Positions 1-9,509 of a stretch of 32,000 bases of DNA are shown piece after piece. The first letter of the stretch is position 1; the number at the start of each line of letters is the position of its first letter. Position numbers and translations under genes: made by a program. The notes below the pieces were generated by a model. It saw nothing but the letters and a program-made list of their open reading frames with translations, ran no database searches and had not been told where the DNA came from. Origin of the DNA: Ignicoccus pacificus DSM 13166. GTDB lineage: Archaea > Thermoproteota > Thermoprotei_A > Sulfolobales > Ignicoccaceae. The stretch is from the NCBI GenBank assembly GCA_025340205.1, contig CP006868.1:1260001-1292000 (forward strand). The letters run 5' to 3'.

Positions 1-254
1 ATCTCTCCCAGCGACATCTTCGGCCCATCTTATTACCTTTTTCAGCACATCTTTTAGCTCTCAAAGCGTCCTCTTCATCGAAGTACTCCCAAAAGCGCCC
101 CTTCGGAAAAGGAGTCGGGATAGCGAGGAGGTATGTAGAGCTTGTCCAAGAGTTTAGTTATTTCGTGACCAAAGGCAGCTATTCCCATTGAGTACAGCAA
201 GCCCTTGAAACACGCCCAAGCGTAGCCTTCGTGCTCTATGTTAGCTCTATCAGC
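1..254 (-). pseudogene. Degraded HEPN-domain protein (remnant of a HEPN/MNT-type module)
   Basis: Minus strand reads ADRANIEHEGYAWACFKGLLYSMGIAAFGHEITKLLDKLYIPPRYPDSFSEG and then hits a frameshift; removing one G restores RFWEYFDEEDALRAKRCAEK, and removing one A further on restores VIRWAEDVAGR. This is HEPN-family C-terminal sequence. The QQAAE-like segment after WACFK also appears to be missing. Confidence 0.6.
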
Positions 255-641
255 TCATAAGGTCTTCGTCCAAAAAGACCTTCCCGTTCAAGATGCCCTT
301 CGCTTAGCAAAAAGGTTGGGGATGAGCGGGAACCTCCGGCAGTGAGTGGATGAACGACTCTACCAGAGGCGACCTCGACTATTACAGCCAGTTTAAGTGC
401 ATGTGACTAGAGCTACACGTTATCTCTCATTCTTTCCTTTAAGAGGTAGATCCTTGTCAAAGGTTGTATGAAAGGGGAGAAGACGTTTATGTCATCGTCG
501 AGCTTGTCGCCAACATAGCGTCCTTTAGAAATACTATTAGGGACTCCTTGGAGAGAATCAAAGAGTTAAAGGAGTAGCCAAAGGGATGTAGAGCTTCTCG
601 TAAAAGCTGATGTCCAACCCCTACTCCAAGGTAAGGGGGGC

Positions 642-1466
642 TTGAGGGTCCACTATTTTCTCTTTTTGCTAGCAATGCTCTCAATAGGCTCCTCAGCGAT
701 ATTGGTGAGGTTGGCCAACGCTCCCGGCACCGTCTGCGCCTTCTTCCGCTTGCTCTTCTCCTTGCCCTTTGTGATAGTACTTAACAAGGGGTCTTTCAAG
801 GGCTTTGACAGGTTGGCAGTATTGAGTGGAATCGCCTTGGGGGTCCACTTCTCCCTCTGGATGGATTCGCTTTACCGCTTGCCCGTTTTCGTGAGCACGG
901 CCGTAGTGACCACTTACCCGGCGTTTCTGGCATTAATCGAATGGAAGAAGGAAGGCTTTAGACCCCTTTCCGCCTTGGGAATAGCCTTAGCCCTGTTAGG
1001 CACCTTCTCCCTCTTCGGCCTGAGGGGAGTCTTAGACCCCCTCGGACTTCTCGAGTCCCTTTTGGGCTCCTTGGCGATCACGGCCTATTTCTGGATTGGG
1101 AGGAAGGTTAGAAGAGAGAAGGAGCTGGGGGAGTACGTCCTATGGGCATATGCCTTCGCCGCCCTTACCGTCTTCCTTTACTTACTCCTTGTAAATGTCG
1201 ACCCCTTCATCTATCTCCCTAGGTCCTTCATTTGGTTCCTCCTCATGGCTTTAGTTCCTATGATGGGGGGCCATACGGTAATGAACTACTTGATCAAGTA
1301 CTACAAGGCCTACGTCGTTAGCTCTATAGCGTTCCTAGAGCCCATAATAGCCGCTATCCTAGCGTACTTGATATTCGGGGAAGTTCCGCCGAACAAGAGC
1401 CTCTTACCCAGCCTAGGAATAGTCCTAGGCGTCAGCTTGGTCGTGCTCTCGGAGCGCTACGAGTAG
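642..1466 (+). CDS. EamA/DMT-family membrane transporter
   Basis: 274 aa, TTG start, about 10 hydrophobic segments, EamA-type repeats (SSAILVRLANAPGTVCAFFRLLFSLPF; SSIAFLEPIIAAILAYLIFGEVPP). Confidence 0.8.
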   Translation: MRVHYFLFLLAMLSIGSSAILVRLANAPGTVCAFFRLLFSLPFVIVLNKGSFKGFDRLAVLSGIALGVHFSLWMDSLYRLPVFVSTAVVTTYPAFLALIEWKKEGFRPLSALGIALALLGTFSLFGLRGVLDPLGLLESLLGSLAITAYFWIGRKVRREKELGEYVLWAYAFAALTVFLYLLLVNVDPFIYLPRSFIWFLLMALVPMMGGHTVMNYLIKYYKAYVVSSIAFLEPIIAAILAYLIFGEVPPNKSLLPSLGIVLGVSLVVLSERYE

Positions 1467-1484
1467 AAAACTCTTAAAGCAAAG

Positions 1485-2621
1485 TTGGTAAGGTGCGGCT
1501 ACGGGTCACATGTATTGCAAGGTGGGAGTCAGCTCTCAGACATACTAAACATTATAACTCAGATAATGTTCATGGCTTTCCTATTCATGGCCTTCACCGG
1601 AGCCGATCAGAGGCTCAGGATGTACCTATGGGCCAAGAACATCAAGGCTAGGATGGAAGAGATAAAGGAGATGGCAGAGGAGAGTAAGAAGGAAAGCATA
1701 GAAGTCCTCAAGAAGCTTGGGGTAAGCAAGGCTGAGGATTTAGTAAACAAGCTAAGCGAGTTTTTCACCATAAGTCCCGTCGACATAGAGCCAACCGACA
1801 TAACCAAGAGGATGGCTCACATCTTCAGAACCGGGCTGAGGAGGTGGGAGAAGGAAATAGACAAGAACTTAACAGAGCAGATACCCAAGGCGAACAAGCA
1901 CAACGCTTTGGTCCTAATTGAGATAACCAACAGCCTCAATATGATATATAAGATAATTAGGCACTACCTCCTTTACGCCCTTAAGAATAACAACTTGTTC
2001 CTCATAATGCAACTCTGGATGATAATGCCTCAGATAACTAAGATGTCCAAAACCTTGAGGAATGCAGTAGATACCTTCAAGAACTGCAGACCTGTGGGGG
2101 ACTCCGTAGGTCCCTTGGTCGCCTACAGGCTCATGAGGAACAAGAGGAGGCTCTGGAGGCCGGCAGAGGATACCGTGGCGGGAGAGGTGGACGTGGACGG
2201 CAGAAACCTCATAGTGGTAAAGGCCGAGGGACCCGGAGCCACCGTGGGTAACCCCGGAGAGGCGATAATGAGGATAGTGGAGGAGAGGAGGGGCAACGTG
2301 GACTTGATCTTGACGGTAGACGCGGCCTTAAAGCTGGAAGGAGAGGAGAGCGGAAGCATAGCTGAGGGCTCCGGAGCGGCGATAGGAGATCCGGGACCGG
2401 AGAAGATAGCCATCGAGAGGGCAGCCGCCAAGTACGGAATTCCCCTCGAGGCCATAGTGATAAAGATGTCAAATGAAGAGGCAATAACTGACATGCCGAA
2501 GAAGATAGCTGAGGCCGCAGACAAGGTGGTCAACATGGTGCTCGAGAGGGTGAAGGAGCTCCCTAAGGGAGCTACCGCTATAGTCGCCGGCATAGGCAAC
2601 ACGTGCGGAGTGGCTCAGTGA
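1485..2621 (+). CDS. DUF1512-like conserved archaeal protein with N-terminal TM segment
   Basis: Long ORF with one N-terminal hydrophobic segment, then a conserved soluble region (ISPVDIEPTDITKRMAHIFRTG ... VAGIGNTCGVAQ). True start is probably downstream of 1485. Confidence 0.6.
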   Translation: MVRCGYGSHVLQGGSQLSDILNIITQIMFMAFLFMAFTGADQRLRMYLWAKNIKARMEEIKEMAEESKKESIEVLKKLGVSKAEDLVNKLSEFFTISPVDIEPTDITKRMAHIFRTGLRRWEKEIDKNLTEQIPKANKHNALVLIEITNSLNMIYKIIRHYLLYALKNNNLFLIMQLWMIMPQITKMSKTLRNAVDTFKNCRPVGDSVGPLVAYRLMRNKRRLWRPAEDTVAGEVDVDGRNLIVVKAEGPGATVGNPGEAIMRIVEERRGNVDLILTVDAALKLEGEESGSIAEGSGAAIGDPGPEKIAIERAAAKYGIPLEAIVIKMSNEEAITDMPKKIAEAADKVVNMVLERVKELPKGATAIVAGIGNTCGVAQ

Positions 2622-2631
2622 GGTGGAAGGC

Positions 2632-2925
2632 ATGGAGAGGCTCGACGACTTGGTATCGCTCATGTTGATAGGAGCCTTGGTAGCCCTAACTACCGCAATG
2701 ATGTTAGTAAATAGCAAAAAGAAGAAGGAAGAGGAGAAGAAGTTCATAACCGTGCTCAAGTGTCCCAAGTGCGGCTTCCAGAAGGAGAGGGATTGGAAAC
2801 AAGGGGACTTCGTGGGCTTGGTGGAGGGCAAGTGCCCTAAGTGCGGGGCTCTGATGGAGGTATACGCCATCTACAAGGAAGGCGAGGAGGAAGAGGAGGA
2901 GACCAAGTCCCTAATCCCTATATAG
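2632..2925 (+). CDS. Small membrane protein with zinc-ribbon domain
   Basis: N-terminal TM segment followed by CPKCGF...KCPKCGA. ATG at 2632, 11 nt after the preceding stop. Confidence 0.7.
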   Translation: MERLDDLVSLMLIGALVALTTAMMLVNSKKKKEEEKKFITVLKCPKCGFQKERDWKQGDFVGLVEGKCPKCGALMEVYAIYKEGEEEEEETKSLIPI

Positions 2926-3403
2926 GGAGTCTCAGGTCCTCCTTTACCACGCTGAACGCTATGTGGGTAACCGATTTCTTGACCTCAGGCCTGGAGAGCA
3001 GATCCTTCACGAAGACGTTGAGTCCATCCATATCCTTGAACTTAGCTATCAACATCAAGTCGAAGTCTCCCGTTATGTCGTAGACTGCTATCACGTTGTT
3101 CATTTCGCTTAGGTCGTCCTCCAGCTTTCTAAGCTTGTCCCCGCTCACGCTGAGCATTATTATCGCAGTTATTGGGTATCCCACCTTGGCGCTGTCAACT
3201 ATCGGAACGAATCCCTTTATCACCCCTTCCTTCATGAGCTTCTTCATCCTCGAGTGAACGGTGGCTGGCGACGCTCCAACAGCCTTTGCTATCTCCCTGA
3301 TACTCTTCCTAGCATCTTTCATTAACTCGGAAAGTATGCGGAAGTCTAATTCGTCTAGCTTGTGGGCCACTGTATTCAATCCCCGTGCTAGCGCCCACAC
3401 CAT
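2918..3403 (-). CDS. Lrp/AsnC-family transcriptional regulator
   Basis: Typical HTH (LDELDFRILSELMKDARKSIREIAKAVGASPATVHSRMKKLMKEGVIKGF) plus RAM domain. Start may be the internal GTG before AHKLDEL. Confidence 0.9.
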   Translation of the reverse strand: MVWALARGLNTVAHKLDELDFRILSELMKDARKSIREIAKAVGASPATVHSRMKKLMKEGVIKGFVPIVDSAKVGYPITAIIMLSVSGDKLRKLEDDLSEMNNVIAVYDITGDFDLMLIAKFKDMDGLNVFVKDLLSRPEVKKSVTHIAFSVVKEDLRLPI

Positions 3404-3520
3404 CCATCTCTAAAAAGTGGGGTATACGACCCTCGGACCCGGTGTAGCTCTTCACCCCTCTGAAAGGGGCGGGAACTCCTCATTGGGGACCGCTTTTTCC
3501 CTCTCGGGGGAGTTGAAAGG

Positions 3521-4444
3521 ATGAAGCTGCTCAAGAGAATAGCAAAGGAAGTGCTGGGGGACGAGGAGATATGGTCGAGGATAGACGTCGTAGGCGACAT
3601 AGCGCTAATTCATAGGAAGTTCGGATATCCTGTAGAGAGACTTCGGGTCTTAGGAGAGGAGCTGGTCAGGAGGATGCCGGGAATAAGGGCCGTTTACGCA
3701 ATCGAGCCCGGAACGGAGGGGCCCTACAAGCTGAGAAAGCTCATCCATTTGGCTGGGGAGAGGAGGACGAGGACCGTCTACAAGGAACACGGGTGCGAGT
3801 ACGAGGTAGACGTGGAAAAGGCCTTCGTCGTCCCCAGGCTCTCTGGAGAGCACCTAAGAATAGCTAGGCTGGTTGAACCTTGGGAAACTGTATTCAACAT
3901 GTTTGCCGGAGTCGGACCCTTTTCTATCCTAATCGCCAAGATGAAAGGAGCAAAGGTCTATTCAGTGGACATAAATCCCGTCGCGTATGAACTCATGGTA
4001 AGAAACGTCAAGAGAAACAAGGTAGAAGGAAAGGTCGTTCCCATCTTAGGGGACTCGGCGGACGTAAGTTACTGGCTTAAGGGAAAGGTGGACAGAGTCC
4101 TGATGCCCCTTCCCGAGCTGGCTCCCTCTTACTTGGACTTCGCATTGCTTTCCCTCAAGTACCCCGGTAAGCTCCACCTTTACCTTCACGTCCTTGTAAG
4201 GTACGGAGAAAGGCCCAAGACGGCTGGGGAAAGGGTGGCTAGGACCTTAATCGATTCCAAGTGCTCCTCCTATGAGCTCGAGAAGGTCAGGCTGGTGAGG
4301 ACTGTTGGACCTAGAATAGCTCAAGTGGTAGCTGACCTCACTCTGAACAAGTGCTCCTTCTCCCCAAGACTTAGGCCCACCCCGAATAGGGGGCCTCTGA
4401 GCGAGCTGCTGGGTCTGCCTCAAGACGGGAGCTACCTTAGGTAG
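3521..4444 (+). CDS. Trm5-family tRNA (guanine-N1)-methyltransferase-like, class I SAM methyltransferase
   Basis: Motifs VFNMFAGVGPFSILIAK and VYSVDINPVAYELMVRNVKRNKV are characteristic of the Trm5/TYW2 group. Confidence 0.8.
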   Translation: MKLLKRIAKEVLGDEEIWSRIDVVGDIALIHRKFGYPVERLRVLGEELVRRMPGIRAVYAIEPGTEGPYKLRKLIHLAGERRTRTVYKEHGCEYEVDVEKAFVVPRLSGEHLRIARLVEPWETVFNMFAGVGPFSILIAKMKGAKVYSVDINPVAYELMVRNVKRNKVEGKVVPILGDSADVSYWLKGKVDRVLMPLPELAPSYLDFALLSLKYPGKLHLYLHVLVRYGERPKTAGERVARTLIDSKCSSYELEKVRLVRTVGPRIAQVVADLTLNKCSFSPRLRPTPNRGPLSELLGLPQDGSYLR

Positions 4445-4505
4445 TATCGTTCCGCTCCCTTACCGCTTCATAAACTCCGTGTGCCCCCCACACCGGGGTC
4501 GCGCT

Positions 4506-7145
4506 GTGAAGAGGGTCATAGCGTGGATAGCTATAGCGATAATTGCTGCTATGTTCGCCTCCCAGATCGACAAGGTACTCGTGTACAGCGAAACCGCGAT
4601 GTTGCCTCCTCAAGCGGAGTCCTACAAGGTAAAGCAGGCATTAGAGAAGTACTTCCCTAGCCTAGAAAACAGAACGATGATGATGGTAATCTTGAAGGTA
4701 AACGCTACCAGTCCTCAAGCGGTGAAGTGGTACGAGCGGTGGAAGAACGTCACGAAGGTAAACGCTACCAGCTTCTACGACGCTTGGGACGGCTTCAAGA
4801 AGGCCTTGAAGGGCTTATACAACGGATTAGGGCACATGGTAAAAGGCATCAACAAGGGATTCGAGGGCTACTGGATGGTCACAGACATGATACACCTAAC
4901 AATGACCATGAACGGCCTCTACGACGAGCCGGAGAAGCAGGCTTTGCAAGACTTCAAGCTATTGGTAGCTGGAACCAAGCTGGAGAAGTTTGACTACATC
5001 GCAAAGGCTCTATACGAGTACATTCACAAGAAGCACCTAGACCCTGCAAAGGTGGATGACTCAGTCCTATCCTGCATCGCCAAGCACGAGCTATACAAGA
5101 GGTTGAGCAACGATTACGCCAAGACCTACCTCTGCTGTCTCGCTTGCGCCCTCAACCCGAAGCTGAAGGGAGTTCAGCTGTGGATGCAGTACGGGTTTGA
5201 TCCCGGAACCCTGAAGCAGAAGATAGACAGCTACGTCAAGGAGTTCACCCCTCAAGGAATAAAGTGCTTCGTGGAGAAGAAGCTGAGCAAGTTGCCAACC
5301 GACGTGGCCTACGAGGTGATATTAGCCTCGTGGGAAGGGAAGAAGCTTAACAACTTGGATGCCCTGGCATTAAAGGCATTAGAAGAAAAGATGGGCAAGG
5401 TCCTTCACTACCTAATGGTATCAAAGGACTGGAAGACGGTTAATATAAGAATGACCAATGTTAGTTACGAAGAGGCAATTAACGCTAAGAAGGAAGCTTT
5501 GAAGTTAGGAAAAGGTGTAGTCGAGAAGGCGTATCTGCTTGGAGGAAGCGTTCTAGATAAGGAGATGAGAGAGGCTAACGTCAGGGATGCCGAAAGAGTG
5601 CAGACCTTAAGCCACGTGCTAGTGTTAGTAGTGCTCTTCGCCCTGACCAGATCGCTTGCCGCCTCTCTAGTGCCATTCCTAGTGGTCGGGATAGGAATAG
5701 TGGTGGGAATGGCCTTGGCCTTCTTCATAGGGCAGATGTTCCCAATCTACCAGATGGCCAGAACGCTGATGATAACGACCGGCCTGGGACTAGGTATGGA
5801 CTACAGCATCTTCATATTATCGAGGTTCAGAGAGGAGTTAGGGCACGGTAGGGATCCCAAGGAGGCCGCCAAGATAGCAGCAAAGAGGGCCGGTCACGCG
5901 GTAGGAATCTCAGCTCTGGCAGCATCCCTAGGATTCGCCTCCCTAATGCTCTCCGGAACGCTAATGCTGAACAGCATGGGTATGACCATACCGCTGACGG
6001 TATTGGCTACAGCAGCCGCCTCGATAACCATGCTTCCGGAACTACTAGCTTACTTGGGAGGGAAGAAGTGGTTCTGGTGGCCTAGCAAGAACGTAGAGAA
6101 GCCCTCCCACGAGGTGGCGCCGCCTAGAAGAGGGGCAGTAATAGCGATATTCTTGATAACACTAATAGTGACGGCTGTGAGCCTCTACTTCTACGTCAAC
6201 TACAAAGGAAGCAGCGACACGAGGCTGTTCATACCCAAGAACACGGAGGCCTATCAAGCCCTCCAAGAGTTCTCCAAGAGGTTCCCGCCGGGAGCTTGGG
6301 GTCCCGTAATGCTCTACACCAACCAGTACAACCCGTTCTACTGGAAGATGCTGAAGTCAAGGCTAGAGAACATAACCGGAGTAGCGCTGGTAATGGATCC
6401 GAGCAAGGATATGGGAACAATCAAGGGCTCAAAAGCAGTTGCAATGATAATACTCGACTACGAGCCCTTCAGCAGCAAGGCGCTCGACGTAGTCCCCAAG
6501 ATAAGGGACGTCGCTCACCGCTTCCACTGGCTAGTTGGAGGGATGCCCGCCGAGCTATACGACATGAACATACTGATAACTAAGCTGTTCTGGAGCAGGG
6601 TAGCTCCCTTCGCGATAATAGCGACGATGTTAGTGCTAGCCTTCGCCGTGAGGAAGCTGGATCCGGTGATAGCCGCGGCCTATGGATTGGTGGCAGCGAT
6701 ATCTTGGGCCGTCATACTGTCGCACATAATCTCGGTGAGCCTGTGGGGCTACGCTCTGTACTGGATGACCCCGCTGATAGCGCTGATCGCCACTCTGGGC
6801 ATCGGTACGGACTACAACGTGTTCTACATTACTAGAATGATAGAGGAGATAGAGAAGGAGGTGAAGGCCGGAAGGAGCGTCATAGGAGGAATATGGAGAC
6901 CGATAAAGGCAGTAGGACCGGTAATCATAGGACTGGCCTCGATCATGGCCTCAGCATACTTCGGAATGCTGATAGCGCAGTCAATAGGACTGAAGCAGAT
7001 GGGACTGGCACTAGGCTTCTCGGCGCTGTTCGCGGCGCTCAACGCGGTGCTACTCAACCCGATAACGCTAACGGTGTTAGCGAGCGTGAAGGAGTTATTC
7101 AAAGGAAGGAAGGTCAAGGAGAAGAGGGAGGAGATAATAGAGTGA
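4506..7145 (+). CDS. MMPL/RND-superfamily (HAE3-like) exporter
   Basis: About 880 aa with two 6-TM blocks, GLGLGMDYSIFILSRFREE and ALIATLGIGTDYNVFYITRMIEEI motifs, and large extracellular loops. GTG at 4506 (MKRVIAWIAIAIIAAMF) looks like the true start; the ORF opens at 4479. Confidence 0.85.
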   Translation: MKRVIAWIAIAIIAAMFASQIDKVLVYSETAMLPPQAESYKVKQALEKYFPSLENRTMMMVILKVNATSPQAVKWYERWKNVTKVNATSFYDAWDGFKKALKGLYNGLGHMVKGINKGFEGYWMVTDMIHLTMTMNGLYDEPEKQALQDFKLLVAGTKLEKFDYIAKALYEYIHKKHLDPAKVDDSVLSCIAKHELYKRLSNDYAKTYLCCLACALNPKLKGVQLWMQYGFDPGTLKQKIDSYVKEFTPQGIKCFVEKKLSKLPTDVAYEVILASWEGKKLNNLDALALKALEEKMGKVLHYLMVSKDWKTVNIRMTNVSYEEAINAKKEALKLGKGVVEKAYLLGGSVLDKEMREANVRDAERVQTLSHVLVLVVLFALTRSLAASLVPFLVVGIGIVVGMALAFFIGQMFPIYQMARTLMITTGLGLGMDYSIFILSRFREELGHGRDPKEAAKIAAKRAGHAVGISALAASLGFASLMLSGTLMLNSMGMTIPLTVLATAAASITMLPELLAYLGGKKWFWWPSKNVEKPSHEVAPPRRGAVIAIFLITLIVTAVSLYFYVNYKGSSDTRLFIPKNTEAYQALQEFSKRFPPGAWGPVMLYTNQYNPFYWKMLKSRLENITGVALVMDPSKDMGTIKGSKAVAMIILDYEPFSSKALDVVPKIRDVAHRFHWLVGGMPAELYDMNILITKLFWSRVAPFAIIATMLVLAFAVRKLDPVIAAAYGLVAAISWAVILSHIISVSLWGYALYWMTPLIALIATLGIGTDYNVFYITRMIEEIEKEVKAGRSVIGGIWRPIKAVGPVIIGLASIMASAYFGMLIAQSIGLKQMGLALGFSALFAALNAVLLNPITLTVLASVKELFKGRKVKEKREEIIE

Positions 7146-7148
7146 TTT

Positions 7149-8264
7149 TTACTCGTGAACCTTATACCTTCCCTTTTCTATCCTCCCTATCACTGCCAAC
7201 GGGGAGGACCTCTTCACTATGGCGGTGTACTTGTTTCTCGCCCTCTCTAAGTCCAATTCCTTCACATCGAGCAGTATTACCGGACCGTCCGACCCCTTCT
7301 TTATCGCTATCTCCCACGGAATCTTCAGAGGTTCCTTGGCGTTTACCGTTACTGCCTTCAGCAACTTTCTAGCCACCTCCTCGCTCCAGCTCCCATGCTT
7401 CCTGATTAGGAGGGCGGAGACTTCCAAGTCCCTCCAGAGGTTGGGGGAGGTCCAGGCGGCGTTGTCGGTGCCTAAGAGCAAGTTCACGTCCTCCTCTATC
7501 GCATAGTGAATCTTCGGCGTTTTCTTGAACCAGACGTTGGCTCTAGGACAGATCGCTAGTGATATTCCCCTTCTCCTCATTTCTGTAAAGTGTTCCCTCT
7601 CCAAGTTTATTCCGTGAACTACGAAGTTGACTCCCACCTCCTCCATCGCCATGTAGAGCTCCTCCGGGCCCCCCACCTCAGCCACGTGAGTGCCTACCGG
7701 CTTCCCGAAGCTCCTGAACAAGGCAGAGGCCCTCTTGGCCAAGGCTAGAGAAGGATAGTCCGGTTCCGGAAGCCCTAATCCGTGGGCTACCTCCACGAGC
7801 TTTAGCATTTCCTTCTCATCCTCAAACCTACCCATAGGCAAGTAGCCGCTGTAGGAGGCCCTCCTGGCGGCCTCCAACCCCATCCTAACTCCTTTGACTC
7901 CCTGCTCTCTGAAGTCGGCAACCGCCATAATTCCATAGTTCTTCATCTTTTCAAGTGTGTGCGTCATGCTGTTTATTATTTCCTTACGATCCAGCCTTTC
8001 CAGCTCCCTTCTCTTCAGCCCCTTCGAGGGGTCCACTATCTCGCTCAGATCCTTATCGGCCCAAGCTTCTGGGAAAGCGGAATCTCCCAAGTGCGCGTGG
8101 GAGTTGATAAGGCCGGGCATGGCCAAGGCGTTTGCCGTTATTCCCTTGGAGTCCCATCCCTCATCTATACCCGCCAGTCTCCCTCCCTCATATATCAGGC
8201 TGACTTCCTCCACCAGCTCCAGCTCATCACCTATCAGAGCGTATCTCACGTTCAGAATGAACAT
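7149..8264 (-). CDS. Amidohydrolase-superfamily protein (cytosine deaminase / SAH-deaminase-like)
   Basis: MPGLINSHAHLGD, GKPVGTHVAEVGG, CPRANVWF and LLGTDNA metal-binding motifs. Confidence 0.85.
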   Translation of the reverse strand: MFILNVRYALIGDELELVEEVSLIYEGGRLAGIDEGWDSKGITANALAMPGLINSHAHLGDSAFPEAWADKDLSEIVDPSKGLKRRELERLDRKEIINSMTHTLEKMKNYGIMAVADFREQGVKGVRMGLEAARRASYSGYLPMGRFEDEKEMLKLVEVAHGLGLPEPDYPSLALAKRASALFRSFGKPVGTHVAEVGGPEELYMAMEEVGVNFVVHGINLEREHFTEMRRRGISLAICPRANVWFKKTPKIHYAIEEDVNLLLGTDNAAWTSPNLWRDLEVSALLIRKHGSWSEEVARKLLKAVTVNAKEPLKIPWEIAIKKGSDGPVILLDVKELDLERARNKYTAIVKRSSPLAVIGRIEKGRYKVHE

Positions 8265-8288
8265 GACGTTACTACCCTAAGCGCTAGG

Positions 8289-8298
8289 ATTATATAAC
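8289..8298 (-). promoter_or_regulatory. TATA-box-like element for the amidohydrolase gene
   Basis: Minus strand GTTATATAATCC about 30 nt upstream of the ATG at 8264. Confidence 0.55.
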
Positions 8299-8520
8299 AT
8301 CTTTTATGATTTCTATTAAGTAAAGAAAAAGAGTTGACATTATTAAAGGGTCTCGTTAAGACTCCGAATGGTTAAAACTTCTCTTAATTCTCTATTCGAT
8401 AACAATCACGCAAGGGAAAGGTGAGAAGTATACCGAAGAGAAGGGGAAAAGAGTGGGAAGACCATCGATGAGGGTAAGAGCTGAAAGCCATTCCCGAGCC
8501 TCAACCATTCGGGTGAGGCG

Positions 8521-9219
8521 TTGGTTCACCGAAAGAGGATCAGCGTTGCCGTCGACCTCGTCGGCGAGGCCTTGGAGGAGGAGTGGGACAGGGAGAGGCT
8601 GAAGAAGGAGCTGAGCAAGAGGTACGAGGCTGAAGGTCTTTCTCCTCTAAGAGGCTTGGCCCTCCCTCTGGATATTCTCGATAAAGAGCTCAGCACCCTC
8701 TACGTGGTCTCCAAATACGGACTAGGACTTGAAGAGGAGGTGGACCATCTCTTCGACTATGAAAAGAGGCTGGAGAAGGCCGCAGAGCTCCTACTGAAGG
8801 AGGGGGGAAAGGCGAGGAACGAGGTGAGGGAGCTCGTGGGTATCATCGACAGCAACACCCTCTCAAGGATATTCAGGGTGGTGTTCACCGCGGTGGTTCT
8901 GGGCTTCAGGCCGGAGGAGGACCTCATCAAGCTCCTTCACAAGGCGTTGGAAGCTTTTCCGGAGGAGGAGAGGACTGTAAAGAAGTACTCGAGGTTCTAC
9001 ATAGCCTTTAGAGTAGCTGAGGCCATAGCTAAGGGGGAAGTGACTAGCAAGCTTGACAAGGAGGCCTTGAAGCAGTCCTTGGCCCTAAGGATAGGCTTAC
9101 CAAAGATACTTCCGGACGACGAGTACATCTATACGATAGCCAAGGAGGTGTTCGGCGTAGACGAGGGCCTCCTCAGAAAGATATTGAAAGTTGAGAACGG
9201 GAAGAGGCACCACCATTAG
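8521..9219 (+). CDS. Conserved archaeal protein, DUF2192-like
   Basis: 232 aa soluble ORF, TTG start preceded by GGTGAGG; LSPLRGLALPLDILDKELSTLYVVSKYGLGL resembles the DUF2192 family from memory. Confidence 0.55.
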   Translation: MVHRKRISVAVDLVGEALEEEWDRERLKKELSKRYEAEGLSPLRGLALPLDILDKELSTLYVVSKYGLGLEEEVDHLFDYEKRLEKAAELLLKEGGKARNEVRELVGIIDSNTLSRIFRVVFTAVVLGFRPEEDLIKLLHKALEAFPEEERTVKKYSRFYIAFRVAEAIAKGEVTSKLDKEALKQSLALRIGLPKILPDDEYIYTIAKEVFGVDEGLLRKILKVENGKRHHH

Positions 9220-9509
9220 TACTGCGCTTGCCGGTGACACCTGCTCTCCTCGTAGTTCATACAGTAAGAGAGCACGGCATATCTGACCTCGTTTTCAAGC
9301 TCTTTCCGGCTCCGGTATTGCTTGTGGTAGCCAGAGCTTTTGGCAGCGTCAAGCAACTTCCTCTCCAAGTCTCCCAAGTCTTTACCCTTACAGTTCTTGT
9401 GACATTCCTCCAAGCACCCTTCGAGAATCGAGTAATGGAAGCCTTGGGGACCGTACTGTAAACACTTCCTCAAGCAGTCCTCGCACGGATCCCCAAAGAA
9501 GAATATCAA
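9216..9509 (-). CDS. Small cysteine-rich hypothetical protein
   Basis: 97 aa, CEDCLRKC and CLEECHKNC, C-terminal CMNYEESRC; convergent with and overlapping the preceding gene by 4 nt. Confidence 0.6.
   Translation of the reverse strand: MIFFFGDPCEDCLRKCLQYGPQGFHYSILEGCLEECHKNCKGKDLGDLERKLLDAAKSSGYHKQYRSRKELENEVRYAVLSYCMNYEESRCHRQAQY

Noticed and set aside
8468-8485. C/D-box sRNA candidate (cGATGA...CTGA upstream of the DUF2192-like gene)
   Set aside because: C box is imperfect, guide spacing is short (9 nt), and no convincing C'/D pair follows.
8494-8519. H-type pseudoknot CCCGA/GCCTCA/TCGGG/TGAGGC
   Set aside because: Connecting loops L1 and L3 would be 0 nt, which is sterically implausible. 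Treated as alternative hairpins instead.
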